Positions 1-11,050 of a stretch of 64,000 nucleotides of DNA are shown here, one piece after another. The stretch is from Octopus sinensis. Lineage: Eukaryota. The translations under genes were made by a program, and so were the position numbers. The notes beneath the pieces were generated by a model. That model worked only from the letters and a program-made list of their open reading frames with translations, searched no databases and had not been told where the DNA came from. The first letter of the stretch is position 1; each line of letters begins with the position of its first letter. The stretch is from positions 22,444,001 to 22,508,000 of the forward strand of contig NC_043003.1 of the NCBI RefSeq assembly GCF_006345805.1, read 5' to 3'.

Positions 1-559
1 TAAAAATGCATGGCCTCCTTTTAATAGAAGCTCCGTAAATCAATAATTCGATTTCCAAACGAAATCAAACCAGACCAAGTCAGAAATACGTCAATGAATT
101 AAAGAACACATTATCTAAGCCATTGCTCCCCAGACTTTATTAACCACGACACCTTTTCATTTGCTAACACTTTTCAATGACATCTAACTACGATTTAATA
201 AAATTAAATACATCATATTTACATATGCATATATATGTATACACAAGCCAGGACATTACCTAAAGCTACAGGTGTAGTGATGGTCTTCATTGTATGTATG
301 GAAATACAAATTTCGACAATGTCTTTTAAATTATAGTGCTTTTTTTGCATAAAACAATGAGGGACAATTTAAACTGTGTGGTTTTGTTTGATAGACCGGA
401 GACGGTCTCAGGTCGATTGGTACCAAAAGGACACATGCTACAGAAAAGAAAAAAATATATTAAATCAGTTGAATCCGGTTTCTTACGTAACTGTTACACT
501 TATCTTCAGAGAAACTGTGTATTTATTTTTTAAAACACACACAAAAAGAAACTTCGTAC

Positions 560-1690
560 ATTTTTAGAAACAGCAATCAAAACGAATTTCGATGATACTA
601 AACGTCAACAAGGTAAAACTAAAAGAAAAAGACACTCATTAATCTAAGAAGAAAGCAAATAGTGTAAATAAAATAACAAGCAGAAAAAATAAAGCAAACT
701 AAACGGGAACATTTAAAGAATATAAATAATATGTGAAGACATTCTAGAGTCAGTAGAAAGCTTTAAAGGAAATATTCAGGTTAATACCAACAGAATTAAG
801 AGCTGTAATAAAAGACATCGCTGTAGGAAAACAGCAATCATTTTTTGCTTTTTAAAGAAGAAGTCAAGTATTATTCTTCCAACCAAAAATAGTTCTGGTT
901 ATGGAAAAAAGGAAATGGAGATAGGAATTCTGTCTAAAAGAACAGATAGCTACGACAACCAAAGAATATATTTAACAAGTATTAATAAACAATATCATAA
1001 CTGGTGATAACAGAAGCAGAAAAAAAAAAGAAATTTAAAGCTCAGAAAAAGAACGTAAGCTTGGACAACGGAAAATATTTTGGATACAGGAATATATTCC
1101 ATGATTATGATAGCAGTGACCATACATAACACGAAGAGATTGAGAACAACTAAGTGTCTGTACAAAACAAAGGGATTAGTAAAATATAACCAATCTACAC
1201 CAAGAAAGGAATTTTTCAAGGAAAGTTATTCTGAATAGCATTGATTCCCTTGACTATCAATGTTGAACCTCACAAACTGTGGAATTATCTGATATGCACA
1301 GAGCGTGAACTATTAATTATAAATGGATCATTGAAAGTGAAAAATGGCGATCAATGATCACGTTTTTTTGAAAACGGCTCAGTGTTTGGCACAGATATGA
1401 ATATTAAACTTAGGGAGATGAGAACGACGGTAAAAACAAACCAGAAAGCAAAAATGCAAAAATCTTATTAACTACAAAAGCGTATAAAGACATGATATAT
1501 GGCTAAATTAATACACTAGAACAAGGATTTCTTGTAATGTTAGCCGACAGATATTAAAGATTAAAAGAACTACATAGATAAAAGCAATTGCATATGTAAT
1601 AAAAAGTAAAAACAGTATAGTAAAGTGGTGGACTGTCGGTTAAGTTTGACCTTTAATGACTTGTATATCTATGTGCAGACCTGGTAAAGG
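560..1690 (+). mobile_element. Heavily decayed R4/Dong-clade non-LTR retrotransposon, RT region
   Basis: Manual translation across stops and frameshifts gives LKEQ..QVLINNII..NRSRKKK (~940-1030), YTKKGIFQGKLF*IALIPLT (~1195-1255; QGD.LSP.LF..AL.PL motif remnant) and ILKIKRTT*IKAI...IVKW...LMTCISM (~1550-1675). The last block corresponds to the start of the 30928 ORF (KLLTMHTMHHP). Boundaries are approximate. Confidence 0.5.
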
Positions 1691-1904
1691 TTCTTTTTTG
1701 AAGAAGACTGGTATTTGCTCACGTGCGCAATTTTTTTCTCTGTCCACGCTGCTGGTATTATGTTGGCCAAAGGAAACGGCGTCGACTTAGGTCGATGTTC
1801 CTTGGCACTAGTATGACGGAGGTATTACTACCAGAAACGCAAAGACCCAGAACAAATACAACCAGGTATCTTGCCTGAGACTCTCACAGTTCCGTTAGTC
1901 CATC

Positions 1905-2046
1905 ACCCTGGAATGGCACTTGTTTTATCGACCTCGAAAAGATGAAAAAGGCAAAGCTGACGCTGATAGGATTTGAACTCAGGGCGTAGAAAGACGAGTC
2001 ATTCATACTAGCCAAGACTTTAACGACTCCGCCAGCTCACCACCTT
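1905..2046 (-). mobile_element. Degenerate SINE family A fragment
   Basis: TTTTATCGACC..GAAAAG(G)ATGAAA..GGCAAAG...ATTTGAACTCAG...CCAGCTCACCACCTT is the reverse complement of the family A head and central domain. Confidence 0.7.
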
Positions 2047-2169
2047 AAAATAGTACATATACAGACTTAAATAATACTTTCTTCTATAGGTACCAGGCTT
2101 GATATTTTGGGATAAGGGGCTAATCGATTACATCGACCCCAGTACACAAGAAATTGTTGTTAACAAAGA

Positions 2170-2398
2170 ACAGCAGAAACTGTTTTCACCTCAATAGACG
2201 TCATTGATTGGTTGAAATTGCCGAAATGCAAGAAATTTAACAAGAAATAGCTTACAAACTGCAGAATTTTCTCAAGAAAGCCAAGAGAAAAGATGTTTTA
2301 TGTAACACATTCTACCAGTATACAAAGTTTGAAAGTGCTTAGTTACAAAGAAATTTTTAAAATCTGCCGGTCAAAGTGAAAAGATCCCCTACTTTGCC
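2170..2398. mobile_element. Solo, diverged right arm of the fold-back MITE at 3697-4312
   Basis: ACGTCATTGATTGGTTGAAATT...TTCTACCAGT..CAAAGTTTGAAAGTG...GGTCAAA..AAAGATCC matches 4123-4312. Confidence 0.75.
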
Positions 2399-2874
2399 CA
2401 GCATGTAGCGCTGGCTCTATAAATAAATATCCTGTAAGATATGCTTAAATCACGAAATTTCATTCTGTGTCAAGGGTATATAGAAGTTGAAATCAACTCT
2501 GATAATTAACCAAAGCTTTATTTTATCAACAGCGAGCTGCGCAAAGCGTTAGCGAGCCGAACAAAATGCTTATTGATATTTCTTCAGGTTTTTTATATTG
2601 TAGGTTCAAATTACACCGAGGCCAATTTTACCTTTCATCGTTTCGGGATCGATAAAATAAGAACCAGTTGTATACTGGAGTCGATGTAATCGGCTTACCC
2701 TCTCCCTTAAAACTGATGGCCAAAATTTCAAACCGTTATTTTAGAAAGATAAAAAAGTAAAGTAACATTCGACTGGGTTTGAACTTAAAATGTGACCAAA
2801 TATCGAAAAATAATTTATCCAGCGACTTTCGTATTCTGCCATCCACTCTATCTATGTTGCTTTCCGCACTGATA

Positions 2875-3270
2875 TCTTTATATATAAAAGTGAAGTTGTG
2901 TGTCTGTCTCCTACGATTTAGATTCCTAACTACTCCCACATTTTGCGGTTCAGTTTAACCAAAACCGGGTATCTTATTGTTGTGATTCATTTCGAGCCCT
3001 TCTGTGTATTAGCGCGCGTCTACGATGAGTCAACGATTTAAAAAAAAATTACGATAATTTTTTTCCATTTTAATGCATTTTTTCGCTATCATATAAGGGA
3101 AGTAACTCTCTAAAAATGTCTACGATGAGTCAACGATTTAAAAAAAAATTACCATCATTTTTTTTCCATTTTAAATGCATTTTTTTGCTATTTTTTGGCT
3201 ATAACTCTCTAAAAATGCTTATATAGTTATTTCCCTTACAAACCCGAGCAACGCCGGGTGATACTGCTAG
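2875..3270 (+). mobile_element. Non-autonomous Helitron
   Basis: Inserted between A(2874) and T(3271). 5' TC (TCTTTATATATAAAAG), subterminal hairpin CCCGAGCAACGCCGGG (3243-3258), 3' CTAG (3267-3270), no TSD. Internal ~100-bp tandem duplication (GTCTACGATGAGTCAACGATTT..., ~3018 and ~3118). Confidence 0.88.
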
Positions 3271-3293
3271 TAAAACATAAAACTATATGTTAC

Positions 3294-3406
3294 CTCGCGC
3301 TTCAGTTGTTCCTCCAGTTTCTGATATGCACCTGACAACTCGTTTAGCTCGACATTTAAAAGAGGCTGCCTTTTGATATAGATGTTTGCCCAGAAATACT
3401 GGACAG
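3294..3406 (-). CDS. Internal exon (113 nt, phase 1 to 0), N-terminal half of a putative SEA domain of a mucin-like protein
   Basis: Long pyrimidine tract ...TTCTTCTTCTTCACAG acceptor and GAG|GTAACA donor. Open frame (A)VQYFWANIYIKRQPLLNVELNELSGAYQKLEEQLKRE resembles SEA beta1/helix1 (F..I....F..EL....S..Y..L...I). The SEA call is inference. Confidence 0.62.
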
Positions 3407-3696
3407 CTGTGAAGAAGAAGAAGAATAACAGAAGGAAAAAACAAATTAACAAAAATTCTCTAAGAAATTAATTTTTAAAAAAGCGAACAAAACAACTTGA
3501 ACATGTAAAATGAATAAAGTAAATAATCTACAAAGTAAATAGGTGACATCAAACAAAACTGGCTGGTCTCATATCTGCTCTATTTTCCCACCCTCGACCT
3601 ACTCGTCTCTCTACCTATCATTACTTTTGTTGCATATAGCCCCACTGACTCTTCATTAACCATTATTCCCAGTGCTTCCTCACTTGAACAGCAGCC

Positions 3697-4312
3697 GGAT
3701 CTTTACCTTTTGACCGACAAATTTAAAAAATAATTTTTTGTAACTAAACACTTTCAAACTTCGGACACTGGTAGAATGTGTCATATAAAATGTCTTTTAC
3801 TCTTAGCATTTTTGAGAAAAACTTATATTTACGAAGTTATTTCACGTTAAAGTTCTCGTATTTCGGTAATTTCAACCAATCAATGATATGTATTTAGCTG
3901 AATAAAATTACTGCCGTTGTTTGTCAACAACAACTATCGGTGGTGTATTTTTCATGGGTCACTGTTATTTATGACAACATTCGTACGTTTGTATTGGTTT
4001 TAAGATTTTAGGGTTAGGGTTTTAGGGTTAGGGTTGTCATAAATAACAGTGACAAACGAAATATACACCGCCGGAAGTCCTTGTTGACAAACAACAGCAG
4101 TAATTTTATTCAGCTGAATTCACGTCATTGATTGGTTGAAATTACCGAAATACGAGAATTTTAGCGTGAAATAACTTCGTAAATATAAGTTTTTCTAAAA
4201 AATGCTGACAGTAATAGACGTTTTATATGACATTCTACCAGTGTCCAAAGTTTGAAAGTGTTCAGTTACAAAAAATTATTTTTTAAATCTGTCGGTCAAA
4301 AGGTAAAGATCC
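3697..4312. mobile_element. Fold-back MITE, ~280-bp arms, 8-bp TSD (Merlin- or MULE-like)
   Basis: TIR GGATCTTTACCTTTTGACCGAC...GTCGGTCAAAAGGTAAAGATCC. Arms 3697-3978 and 4033-4312. Direct repeat CAGCAGCC at 3689-3696 and 4313-4320. Spacer contains TTAGGG repeats. Confidence 0.9.
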
Positions 4313-4489
4313 CAGCAGCCCTCTGGGATGTTCTCTCTGTGCTCATGTTTTTTTTTGTTTTTGACAACAAATTAACGTTAACGGCAATGAAGTTCATCAA
4401 TATTAGCAGTCATGGCCATAGATTCGGCAAATGTAAAAGAAGTACATAAAAAAGGGAAAAAAACCCTCCAAAACTACTGCTCTGAGAAC

Positions 4490-4846
4490 TAGGGAAATGT
4501 GCGATAAACTACATAAAAGTCAGGCTGTCGTGGCCAGCTTCATTCTTCTCGTTGGTTACGAGTTCAAATGCTATAAGAGCTGTCTTTTGATTTTCAACCA
4601 TTTTTTTATCTATGAAACCTTTGATTCGTATTTCACTCAGGTGAGCCCTCATGCCCATTTGATGTTTAAGAAAATCCCTAATAGCTTTATAATTAAATAT
4701 TATAAAGAAATTGTATTTAAAAAATTGGTAAAATATTTCGTGCATTGTAGAAGTATCAGCAATTTATTGCACATAAATTTCAACAAAATCTTACAGGGAC
4801 CCCATCACCACCCAAGTGTCAAATGGATCCTGGTTGAGAACCATTG
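4490..4846 (-). mobile_element. hAT/Charlie-like transposon 5' fragment with a probable transposase remnant
   Basis: On the minus strand CTAGAG|CAATGGTTCTCAACCAGG is a Charlie-type TIR next to a TCTAG target. The minus ORF 4509-4745 (..KTALIAFELVTNEKNEAGH..) weakly resembles the Charlie N-terminal 'KAL.ASY.VA..IAK.KKPH' block. Confidence 0.5.
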
Positions 4847-4909
4847 CTCTAGCGAGTGGCGTTGTGAAAACTGGACATGACTTCGTCTGCGATATTCTTT
4901 TATTCTTTT

Positions 4910-5148
4910 AGTTCTTTCAGTCTTCTACCTACGGCCATACTGGAGCGCCGACTTGGAGGGCTTTTTAGTCGAACAAGTCGACCCCAGGACTTATATTTTT
5001 TAAAGCCTAGTACTTATTCTTTCAGTCTCTTTTACTGAACCGCTAGGTTACGAGGACGTAAACACACCAACACTGGTCGTCAAGCGGTGATGGGGGTACA
5101 AACACAGACACACACAGACACAGACACACACAGACACAGACACACACA

Positions 5149-5220
<72 letters not shown>

Positions 5221-5345
5221 TATATACAACGGGCATCTTTCAGCTTCAATCTATCAAGTCCATTCTGAAGATTTTATTCGGCCCGAGGCTATAGTAGAAG
5301 ATACTCGCCCAAGGTACCATGCAGTGGAACTGAACATGGAACAAT
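4910..5345 (-). mobile_element. CORE-like SINE family B (OR2-like) with internal (CA)n
   Basis: Reverse complement of the ACCTTGGGCAAGTGTCTTCTACTATAGCCTCGGG core plus the GAATAAGTACTAGGCTT...GGGGTCGA..GCTCCAG tail. (CA)n at 5100-5220. Confidence 0.85.
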
Positions 5346-5346
5346 G

Positions 5347-5570
5347 TGACTGGGAAGCAAGCTGGCAGAATCGTTAGCACGCCGGGCGAAATGCTTAGCG
5401 GTGTTACTTCTGTCTTTACGTTTTCTCTTTACGTTCTGAGTTCAAATTCCGCCGAGGTCGACTTTGCCTGTCATCCTTTCGGGGTCGATACCAGTTACGT
5501 AATGGAGTTGATCTAACCGACAGAACCTCTCCCCCAAAATTTCGGGCCTTGTGTCTTGAGTAGAAAAAAA
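5347..5570 (+). mobile_element. tRNA-derived SINE family A
   Basis: A-box-like CTGGCAGAATCGTTAG, B-box-like GAGTTCAAATTCC, central GCC..TCATCCTTTCGGGGTCGAT. Confidence 0.88.
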
Positions 5571-5735
5571 TATATCCATCGTTCAACCAAGGCAATAAAG
5601 ATTCATAAAATATATGAAAAACTACATTTTTTTGTTATTTATCACAAGGTCAGTCTCATGATTGAGCTGCCCTTGCAATGAAAAGATTTTCCGTACATGG
5701 CAAACAGTTTTGGATTAATATATTTTGACTGATGA

Positions 5736-6135
5736 AGGCGGCGAGCTGGCAGAAACATTAACGCGCCGGGCGAAATGCTTAGCGGTATTTCGTCTGCCGC
5801 TACGCTCTGAGTCCAAATTCTGCCGAGGTCGACTTTGCCTTTCATCCTATCGGGGTCGATTAAATAAGTACCAGTTATGCACTGGGGTCGATGTAATCGA
5901 CTTAATCCGTTTGTCTGTCCTTGTTTATCTTCTCTGTGTTTAGCCCCTTGTGGGTAGTAAAGAAATAGGTATTTCGTCTGTCTTTACGTTCCAAGTTCAA
6001 ATTCTGCCGAGGTCGACTTTGCCTTTCATCTTTTCGGAGTCGATAATTTAAGTACCAGTTGCGTATTGAGGTCGATCTAATCGACTGGCACCCTCTCCCA
6101 AAATTTCGGGCATTGTGTCTAGAGTAGAAAAGAAT
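5736..6135 (+). mobile_element. SINE family A dimer
   Basis: Full head and body, then junction AAAGAAATAG|GTATTTCG (~5968) and a second headless unit with a different tail. Confidence 0.9.
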
Positions 6136-6329
6136 ATTTCTAACAGTATAAAAAAAAAAGAAACAGTTTGGAGAAAAAGAAATTAAAAAGCCTATACTGT
6201 TCAGGAAACAATGTCTTGTTGAATAATTCATTAAGTGCTTCCTTTGATATATTCAATTAAAAAAAAAATTTCGAAACATTTGAAAATTTAGCGCTTCATT
6301 ATAAGAGGAAACAGTTCTTTTATTCTCTA

Positions 6330-6592
6330 ATTATTTTACTTGCTTCAGTCATTCCATGCGGCCATGCTGGAGCACCGCCTTTAGTCCAAGCGATGTTGGG
6401 GGGGGGGAAGACACACAAATATACACACATACATATATATACATCGAGCTTCTTTCAGTTTCCGTCTACCAAATCCACTTACAAGGGTTTGGCCAGCCCG
6501 AGGCTATATTAGAAGACACTTATCCAAGGTGCCATGCAGTGGAGCCGAACCCGGACCGATCTGGTTGGTAAGCAAGCTACCTACCACACAGT
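6330..6592 (-). mobile_element. CORE-like SINE family B (internally deleted)
   Basis: Matches 41702-42100 in reverse but lacks the middle of the tail. Confidence 0.85.
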
Positions 6593-7004
6593 CGTAGTTA
6601 TTAAATGTTTTTAAATTAAAAAAAATATTTAAAAATCATTGATTTTTAAATAAAGATAATGCAAATTATGCAATTTAACTGGACCATAGATGTGTCCTGC
6701 ACATTTTTGTATAAGTCTAAGTCCCTTGGCTACTGGAAATAAGTTCGGACAATTGTAAAGCTCACGACAGCTTTTGCTCCAGAAACACGTGTCCAAGACA
6801 CGTGTTTCTGGCGCAATAAGAGATAAGAGAACTATCATAGTAAAGAGGGACAGTCTGGAGATAACAGGAAAGTCGTTGACTGTCCTCTTATCTTCAGACA
6901 ATAAGCTTGTACTTTTCTTTTTCAACTTGAAGAATCCTTGGTTCTAGAGATTATCACCTTTTCTCAAGTATAAATATATATAAATACACACACACACACA
7001 TATA

Positions 7005-7205
7005 GTTTTTCCAAACATGAACAAAGAGAAAACACAACAACGCGAGGACGTGGAACAAGTATAGTGTTATTGGACGCTCACGAAAGGAAAGAAGAAGGAC
7101 CTAACGTTTCGAGCGAAGCTCTTCGTCAGAAACATAGAAAAAGTAAAGGTCCAAGGAAGGGAAGACGGAGAAAGAAAATCGCTAACGATACACACGCGGT
7201 AACAT
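7005..7205 (-). mobile_element. Short Penelope-LTR-like element carrying a hammerhead motif
   Basis: Homologous to 8625-8835 (AAAACACAACGCGAGGACGTGGAACAA.TATAGT.TTATTGGACGCTCA...CACACGCGGT.ACAT). Flanked by (TA)/(CA) tracts. Confidence 0.65.
7099..7133 (-). ncRNA. Minimal type I hammerhead ribozyme motif (loopless palindromic stem III)
   Basis: Minus strand: GUUU-CUGACGA-A-GAGC(UUC)GCUC-GAA-ACGU-U-AGGU. Core intact; stem I is mostly G.U wobble. Confidence 0.6.
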
Positions 7206-7479
7206 ATTGAATGACCGGAAGGGAATGGGTGAAGAAAAAGTTCTTTCAAAGACAGGAGTGCAAGAGAAGGAGGTATGTGCTTGTATGTGTGGGCATGTGC
7301 GTGAGCGCCGGCCTGTGTGTGTGTATGTGGTTGTGGCTGTTTATCTATGTGCGTGGTTGGGCTTAGTATCGTTTAAGGTCATAGGAAGAATTTATAGTAG
7401 GAGTGGCTCCTGTTGTGTGTCTTCCTACAAATGTGCGTAGGAGAATGGTCAGTGGAAGGTACTGGTAGTTTGAAGTATG

Positions 7480-7906
7480 TGTGTGTTTTGTTTGTAGTCT
7501 GTGTGTGTCTGTGTGTATGTATGTATGTATGTATGTGTGTGTTCGTGTGTGTATGTGTGTATGCATAGGGGTTGTGTGTGTGGGGAGTAACTGTACTTTA
7601 CTTTGTGTATGTGTGCGTGTCTGCTTTTATGTGCGTATGTGTGTACATGTGTGTATAATTGTGTGTGTATATGTATGAGTGTGTGCGTGTATGTATGAGT
7701 GTATGGGAGGTATGTGTGGGTTCATTTGCGTGTGCGTGTGTGTGTATGAATGTGCGTGTGTATATACACGTGTGTGCGTATGAGTGTATGTGCGTGTAGT
7801 TGTGTGTGCGTGTGTACGTATGTGAGTGTATATACGTGTATGTGTGCATTCGTATGCGTGTGTGCGTATGTGTGCGCATGTTTGTGTGTGCATGTGTGTG
7901 TCTATG

Positions 7907-7954
<48 letters not shown>

Positions 7955-8125
7955 CATGTAGTTATATGTATATATACATGTATATATATATACATGTATA
8001 TTTATATGCAAGTACATATATTTACGTGTATATATATATTTATATGTGTACATGTATATATAATCATGTATGCATATATATATGTCTATATATATATATA
8101 TATATTTATATATAGACCTGTTACT
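7480..8125. repeat. Cryptic (TG)/(TA)/(TATG) microsatellite block
   Basis: Directly visible; source of many spurious ORFs. Confidence 0.95.
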
Positions 8126-8520
8126 CTCTCACTTGTTTCAGTCATTTGACTGTGGCTATGCTGGAGCACCGCCTTTAGTCTAGCAAATCGACCCCAGAAC
8201 TTATTCTTTGGAAGCCTAGTACTTATTCTATCAGTCTTTTGCTGAACCGCTAAGTTACGGGGACCTAAACACACCAGCATCGGTTGTCATGCGATGTTGG
8301 GGGAACAAACACAGACACACAATCAAATACATACATATATATATATACACATATATACGACGGGCTTCTTTCAGTTTCCGTCTACCAAATCTACTCACAA
8401 GGCTTTGATCGGCACGAGGCTATAGTAGAAGACACTTGCCCAAGGTGCCACGCAGTGGGACTGAACCCGGAACCATGTGGTTCGTGAGCAAGCTACTTAC
8501 CACATAGCCACTCCTACGCC
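8125..8520 (-). mobile_element. CORE-like SINE family B, full length
   Basis: Reverse complement of GGAGTGGCT.TGTGGTAAG.AGCTTGCT...GGTTCAGTCCCACTGCGTGGCACCTTGGGCAAG... with internal (TA)n. Confidence 0.9.
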
Positions 8521-8523
8521 TAT

Positions 8524-8612
8524 AGGCAAAGTCGACCTCGGCGGAATTTGAACTCAGAACGTAACCGCTAAACATTTCGCCCGGCTTGCTAACGTTTCTG
8601 CCAGATCGCCGC
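8524..8612 (-). mobile_element. SINE family A head fragment
   Basis: GGCAAAGTCGACCTCGGCGGAATTTGAACTCAGAACG...CATTTCGCCCGG...TTCTGCCAG.TCGCC. Confidence 0.8.
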
Positions 8613-8624
8613 TTTGTATATGTA

Positions 8625-8835
8625 AAGTTAATCCAAACAAGAAAGCACAAAAAAACACAACGCGAGGACGTGGAACAAATATAGTATTATTGGACGCTCA
8701 GGAAAGAAGGAAAGAAGGAGGGTTTAACGTTTCGAGCAGAGCTCATCGTCGGAAACATAGGAGAAGGAAAGATACAGAGAAGGGAAGACAGAGGAAAAAA
8801 ATCTTCAACGGTACACACGCGGTCACATTTTGAAT
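8625..8835 (-). mobile_element. Short Penelope-LTR-like element carrying a hammerhead motif
   Basis: Second copy of the 7005-7205 family; abuts a long (TA)n array. Confidence 0.65.
8722..8756 (-). ncRNA. Minimal hammerhead motif, core variant (U4 to C)
   Basis: Minus strand: GUUU-CCGACGA-U-GAGC(UCU)GCUC-GAA-ACGU-U-AAAC. Perfect stem I (GUUU/AAAC) and stem II; one core substitution. Confidence 0.55.
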
Positions 8836-8883
8836 GTATATATATTTATATGTGTGTGTGTATATATATATATATATATAGAC

Positions 8884-8921
<38 letters not shown>

Positions 8922-9229
8922 ATATATACATATATATATGCATATACACAATGATATATAGTATATATACATATATATATATATGTAAATATATATATAT
9001 ATATATTATGTAATATATATATGTATATATATATATATGTATATATACATATATATATATATAGATAGATACATATATATATATATATATTATGTATATA
9101 TACATATATGTATATATGTATGTGTATATATGTATAGAAATAGGACTGCCATGTTAGCTTGGCGATAACTATTAATATCCTGTACCGTTGCTGTCTCCTT
9201 ATAGAGATTTAGAAATATATGTAATATAT

Positions 9230-9269
<40 letters not shown>

Positions 9270-9288
9270 TATATACATACATACATAC

Positions 9289-9347
<59 letters not shown>

Positions 9348-9420
9348 TATATATATATACATATATACATACATATATATATATATTATATATACACACA
9401 CACACGTGTATATATATTCG
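8835..9420. repeat. (TA)n / (TATG) microsatellite arrays
   Basis: Directly visible. Confidence 0.95.
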
Positions 9421-10064
9421 TTATAACAAGTAAAATGTAAAACACAGATGAACACTAATACAAATACAGATTTCGGTAAAAGTCATTTATAATAGTGAAG
9501 TTGTCACCAACAGGTGCAAAGTAAATTTATTTACCGCCGATTTCTATGACATCTTGAATTTCGTGTACTTTTCTTTATAGTAAGTACTGCAGGTCTTAGC
9601 TATGCATTGGTACAGGTAATCTATTTTGATTATGTCCAGAAAACTCAGTGCAATTTTACTTTCAAAAGTTCATAGTTCACCTTTGTTCTGAGTTTTTGTT
9701 ATTTACTCTCGTAGATTCATCAAGTTTTCCCAATAGTTCCTTCGGAACACGCAAGTTATTCGAGAAGTGTTATGAGAAAACGATATTGAATAAACATTCT
9801 ATGATATATGAACCGATAGCAAAACATACGTATCACTTTTCTGTTTACATATACAGCTGAAGTAAAGCGTCTATATTTTCTTCGTGTATTCCGTGATAAA
9901 TTTTTTTCCCAAATTAATTTCATGAATAAATATAATTATTGGAGAGGAAAATTTTGTCCTTCTTCGAAAATATTTTTCTATTTCCAAGGTCCTACAAATA
10001 TGAATAGAAGATAGAAAAAGTGTATTGCATAAAGATTTTGAGGGGGTGGGGTAAGGGAAGTTAG

Positions 10065-10380
10065 GGAGGCGCAATGGCCCAGTGGTTAGGGCAGCGGACT
10101 CGCAGTCGGAGGATCGTGGTTTCGATTCCCAGACCGGGCGTTGTATGTGTTTATTGAGCGAAAACACCTAAAAAGCTCCACGAGGCTCCGGCAGGGGGTG
10201 GTGGCGACCCCTGTTGTACTCTTTTGCCCCAACTTTCTCTCACTCTTTCTTCCTGTTTCTTGAGTAACGCTGTGATAGACTGGCGTCCCATCCAGCCGGG
10301 GGGAACACATACGCCATAGAAACCGGGAAACCGGGCCCCATGAGCCTAGCTAGGCTTGAAAAGGGCGCATAAATAAATAA
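10065..10380 (+). mobile_element. tRNA-derived SINE family C, full length
   Basis: Head GGAGGCGCAATGGCCCAGTGGTTAGGGCAGCGGACTCGCAGTCGGAGGATCGTGGTTTCGATTCCC (A and B boxes), tail GGCTTGAAAAGGGCGCAT(AAAT)n, short flanking AAGTTAG repeat. Confidence 0.92.
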
Positions 10381-10719
10381 AAAAAAGTTAAGTTAGAACA
10401 TGATGAAGAGAATCGATGAGGGAGAAGGGAAAGAAAATGAAAGTTTGGGAGAATAAAGAAAAAAATGAAAGGATAAATGTGTATGTACAATGTGAGTAGG
10501 GATATGCTGTAAGTTTACGTTACGTTTCTAAATTATGAATGTGTTCGTATATGTGTATGTATGTGTACACACATACACATCTATACATGCATATATCCAT
10601 ATACTCACACGTATATAAATTTATATGCATTAAAGCAACAATTTCAGTTTTACATTTAATTTTTCAGTCAGTATAACTGGTATTTATCTAGTGGATAGAA
10701 AGAGGGAATGTGACGACAC

Positions 10720-10721
10720 TT

Positions 10722-10803
<82 letters not shown>

Positions 10804-10820
10804 GCTAGCTAGCTAGCAAG
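10720..10820. repeat. (TCTG)/(TCTA)/(GCTA) tetranucleotide microsatellite
   Basis: Directly visible. Confidence 0.95.
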
Positions 10821-10896
10821 CTATCCGTCAATGTATGTATATATCTATCTACTTCTCTCTCCCCCTCTCCCCTCTCTCTCTGTATATATGTATATA

Positions 10897-11050
10897 TAGG
10901 GTTGGTGCATAATTATTGCGGCTTTTTTCAACAAATTTTATTCCACAAAAACAATAACAACATGTAACAAAAACATCTTTAAATGTGTTTAATGAATAAG
11001 CTTAAAGAAATTAGTAACAATTATTTTGAATAAGTAAAAATGAAATTAAA
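10897..11050 (-). mobile_element. One-ended mariner fragment (Hsmar1/MADE1-like TIR)
   Basis: TA|TAGGGTTGGTGCATAATTATTGCGG closely resembles the cecropia-type TIR TTAGGTTGGTGCAAAAGTAATTGCGG. No partner TIR seen; inner boundary is a guess. Confidence 0.6.

Noticed and set aside
4509-4745. Minus ORF that could be read as the second half of a SEA domain
   Set aside because: It ends in a stop without a good donor and lies just inside a Charlie-type TIR; a transposase remnant is the simpler reading.
9590-9830. Plus-strand splice-like signals (CAG|GTAATC; CTCGTAG| followed by an open frame)
   Set aside because: No paired acceptor/donor set with recognisable coding content.
10065-10140. tRNA-like sequences (also 19131, 20670, 32720, 41702, 45225, 61738, 62003)
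   Set aside because: They are SINE heads: each continues into a shared non-tRNA body, and acceptor stems are not intact.
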